Shown: in pieces, positions 62,629 to 64,000 of the stretch
Layout of the letters: each line of letters begins with the position of its first letter
How positions within the stretch are numbered: the first letter of the stretch is position 1
NCBI GenBank assembly: GCA_051382295.1
Contig: JBBCAW010000003.1
Span: 1-64,000 of the forward strand
Source: Bdellovibrionota bacterium FG-1
GTDB taxonomy: Bacteria; Bdellovibrionota; UBA1018
DNA: 64,000 nt
Reading direction: 5' to 3'
Notes under the pieces: generated by a model
Databases searched by the model: none
Told to the model about the DNA's origin: nothing
Seen by the model: the letters and a program-made list of their open reading frames with translations, nothing else
Position numbers and translations under genes: made by a program

Positions 62629-63306
62629 CTATTTCTCGTACTTATATCCCACGCCATAAATCGAAATGACGTGTCTGGTGAGGGGCGGAATCTTTCGGCG
62701 TAAAGCACGAATGTGCACATCGATCGTGCGGTCGTTGGTTTGTCCGGAGTCTTCGTGCCAGACGTCCTTGAGGATTTCTTCGCGTGAAACCACGGATCCC
62801 GCCTTGGCGGCCAAACACCGAAGAATATCGAATTCAGTCAGCGTGAGTTGGGCTTTCTTTCCGGCAAAAAGGACTTCGCGGCTGGCTGGGTCGATTTTAA
62901 GGTCACCGATTTGAATGGGCTGTGAGACGGGCTCAGCATTTTTTCGGAGGCGGGCATGAATGCGCGCCTTGAGTTCTTTGAAGTCAAAGGGCTTAGGGAT
63001 ATAGTCGTCGGCCCCTTGCGTTAATCCTTGAGTGATGTCAGGGACGCTGTTTTTAGCCGAAAGGAAAATGATCGGAATCCGTTTGGTTTTATCGTCCTTC
63101 TTTAAAAGGCTACAAGCATCATAGCCGCTTAAGATCGGAAGCATGATATCCAATAAAATCAGATCCGGGGCTTTGTTTCGTGCGTATTCAATCCCGATGA
63201 CGGCGTTTTCAGCGGTGATGATCTCGAATTCTTTGTTGAGCATCGCTTCAAGAAACCGTCGGGTATCAGCATTATCTTCGATGACGAGGATGCGAGGTTT
63301 TTCCAT
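62629..63306 (-). CDS. OmpR/PhoB family response regulator
   Basis: ILVIEDN, LLDIMLP, GADDYIPKPF, RTIDVHI, YGVGY. Confidence 0.94.
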   Translation of the reverse strand: MEKPRILVIEDNADTRRFLEAMLNKEFEIITAENAVIGIEYARNKAPDLILLDIMLPILSGYDACSLLKKDDKTKRIPIIFLSAKNSVPDITQGLTQGADDYIPKPFDFKELKARIHARLRKNAEPVSQPIQIGDLKIDPASREVLFAGKKAQLTLTEFDILRCLAAKAGSVVSREEILKDVWHEDSGQTNDRTIDVHIRALRRKIPPLTRHVISIYGVGYKYEK

Positions 63307-63351
63307 AACTTTGTAAAAAAAGTATAACACAGCTAAATTCGGTCCTCAACA

Positions 63352-63522
63352 GGGGCTCCCGGTAAAAGGTATCGGGGTCGTCCTTCCCCCTTTGCAGCAC
63401 TTCCTATGCTGCAAGTGCCCTTTTGGGCACTCGGGCTTCTCGAACAATCCTGTTCTCGAAGGGACTCCGCGCGAAGAGCGCATCCTGCGCGCGCGGATCC
63501 CCTCACTTTTACCGGGAGCCCC
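63352..63522. ncRNA. Candidate multi-hairpin structured RNA closed by a perfect 17-bp stem; GGA loops on the minus strand
   Basis: GGGGCTCCCGGTAAAAG/CTTTTACCGGGAGCCCC enclosing four hairpins. Confidence 0.55.
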
Positions 63523-63662
63523 CATGTGGGTTCGGGACCAAGAAGTCTTGAATTGATGCGTCAAGTTTCTAGCGCCTTGTTCGGTTGCTTATCTTAATTT
63601 GGGTGGGGGTGGGGCGCTGGAACAGCGTCGATTGGGTGGGGTATCTAAAATAAATAGCCACT

Positions 63663-64000
63663 TCAGGTGAAGAGTCTTCTTGCTCCCGCGAGAGCTTCGT
63701 ACAATTTATCAGACGGCATTGCTCCCAATGGTGTGAGAGTCTGAAACTCCCTTTCCGGGAGCGCGAACAGTTGATGCGTCTCTAAGATGCTGTCGTGATG
63801 AAGCCATGGGCAATCTCGCTTGGCCAGCGGAATGGAGTGGCCAAGGACCAAGGAAACAGGCTTGCCATTCTGATGGTTGCGACTTCGAATGATTGCGACC
63901 ATGACAAATAGATCATTCGCCGCACCTTGGGGTGGGGCCGACAAGACTACGCAGCGATGCGTGTTTTGCGAATGGGGCGGAAGAATCGTTTTCGGAAAGT
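63663..64000 (-). CDS. PemK/MazF-like protein, 5' end outside the window
   Basis: Frame open to the window edge: FPKTILPPHSQNTHRCVVLS..LFVMVAIIRS..WLHHDSILETHQLFAL..LGAMPSDKL, PemK-like spacing. Confidence 0.55.
   Translation of the reverse strand, partial: FPKTILPPHSQNTHRCVVLSAPPQGAANDLFVMVAIIRSRNHQNGKPVSLVLGHSIPLAKRDCPWLHHDSILETHQLFALPEREFQTLTPLGAMPSDKLYEALAGARRLFT

Noticed and set aside
63340..63660. RNase P RNA, tmRNA, SRP RNA or retron ncRNA
   Set aside because: No GAGGAAAGTCC, tRNA-like ends or SRP helix-8 motif, and no reverse transcriptase in the window

Overview
Bacterial chromosomal window of moderate GC content. The 16S sequence and gene content suggest a deltaproteobacterial-type organism, probably Bdellovibrionota/Oligoflexia-like (inference, not searched). 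1-7.7 kb is an accessory zone 3' of a tRNA-Ala(TGC). It holds a ~1305-aa DNA topoisomerase III-RecQ helicase fusion, an intact hicAB pair and several decayed modules: a truncated HNH/DUF222-like gene, a Doc fragment, a shortened Bro-N gene, and an internally deleted RelE-type toxin with its HTH antitoxin, bounded by an 11-bp copy of the tRNA 3' end. Next come two divergent sigma-54 activators, a complete rRNA operon (16S-tRNA-Ile-23S-5S), a CarD-family gene and a 38-aa basic ORF. Two secreted Gly/Met/Tyr low-complexity proteins flank an OmpR/HAMP-kinase two-component system. A long core block follows: trxB, lysS, lolCE/D, bamA, skp, lpxD-fabZ-lpxA-lpxB-lpxK, lipid A acyltransferase, LPS glycosyltransferases, rpsA, sppA, rsmB, ssb and peptidoglycan genes, interrupted by vapBC and Xre-RES toxin-antitoxin pairs. 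The window ends with a Ser/Thr kinase, an OmpR regulator and a partial PemK/MazF-like gene. Three intergenic regions look like unannotated structured RNAs: 25.6 kb (rod-shaped, behind a sigma-28-like promoter), 51.7 kb (sigma-54 promoter plus terminator) and 63.4 kb (multi-hairpin, GGA loops, CsrB-like). All calls were made by eye; no databases were searched.
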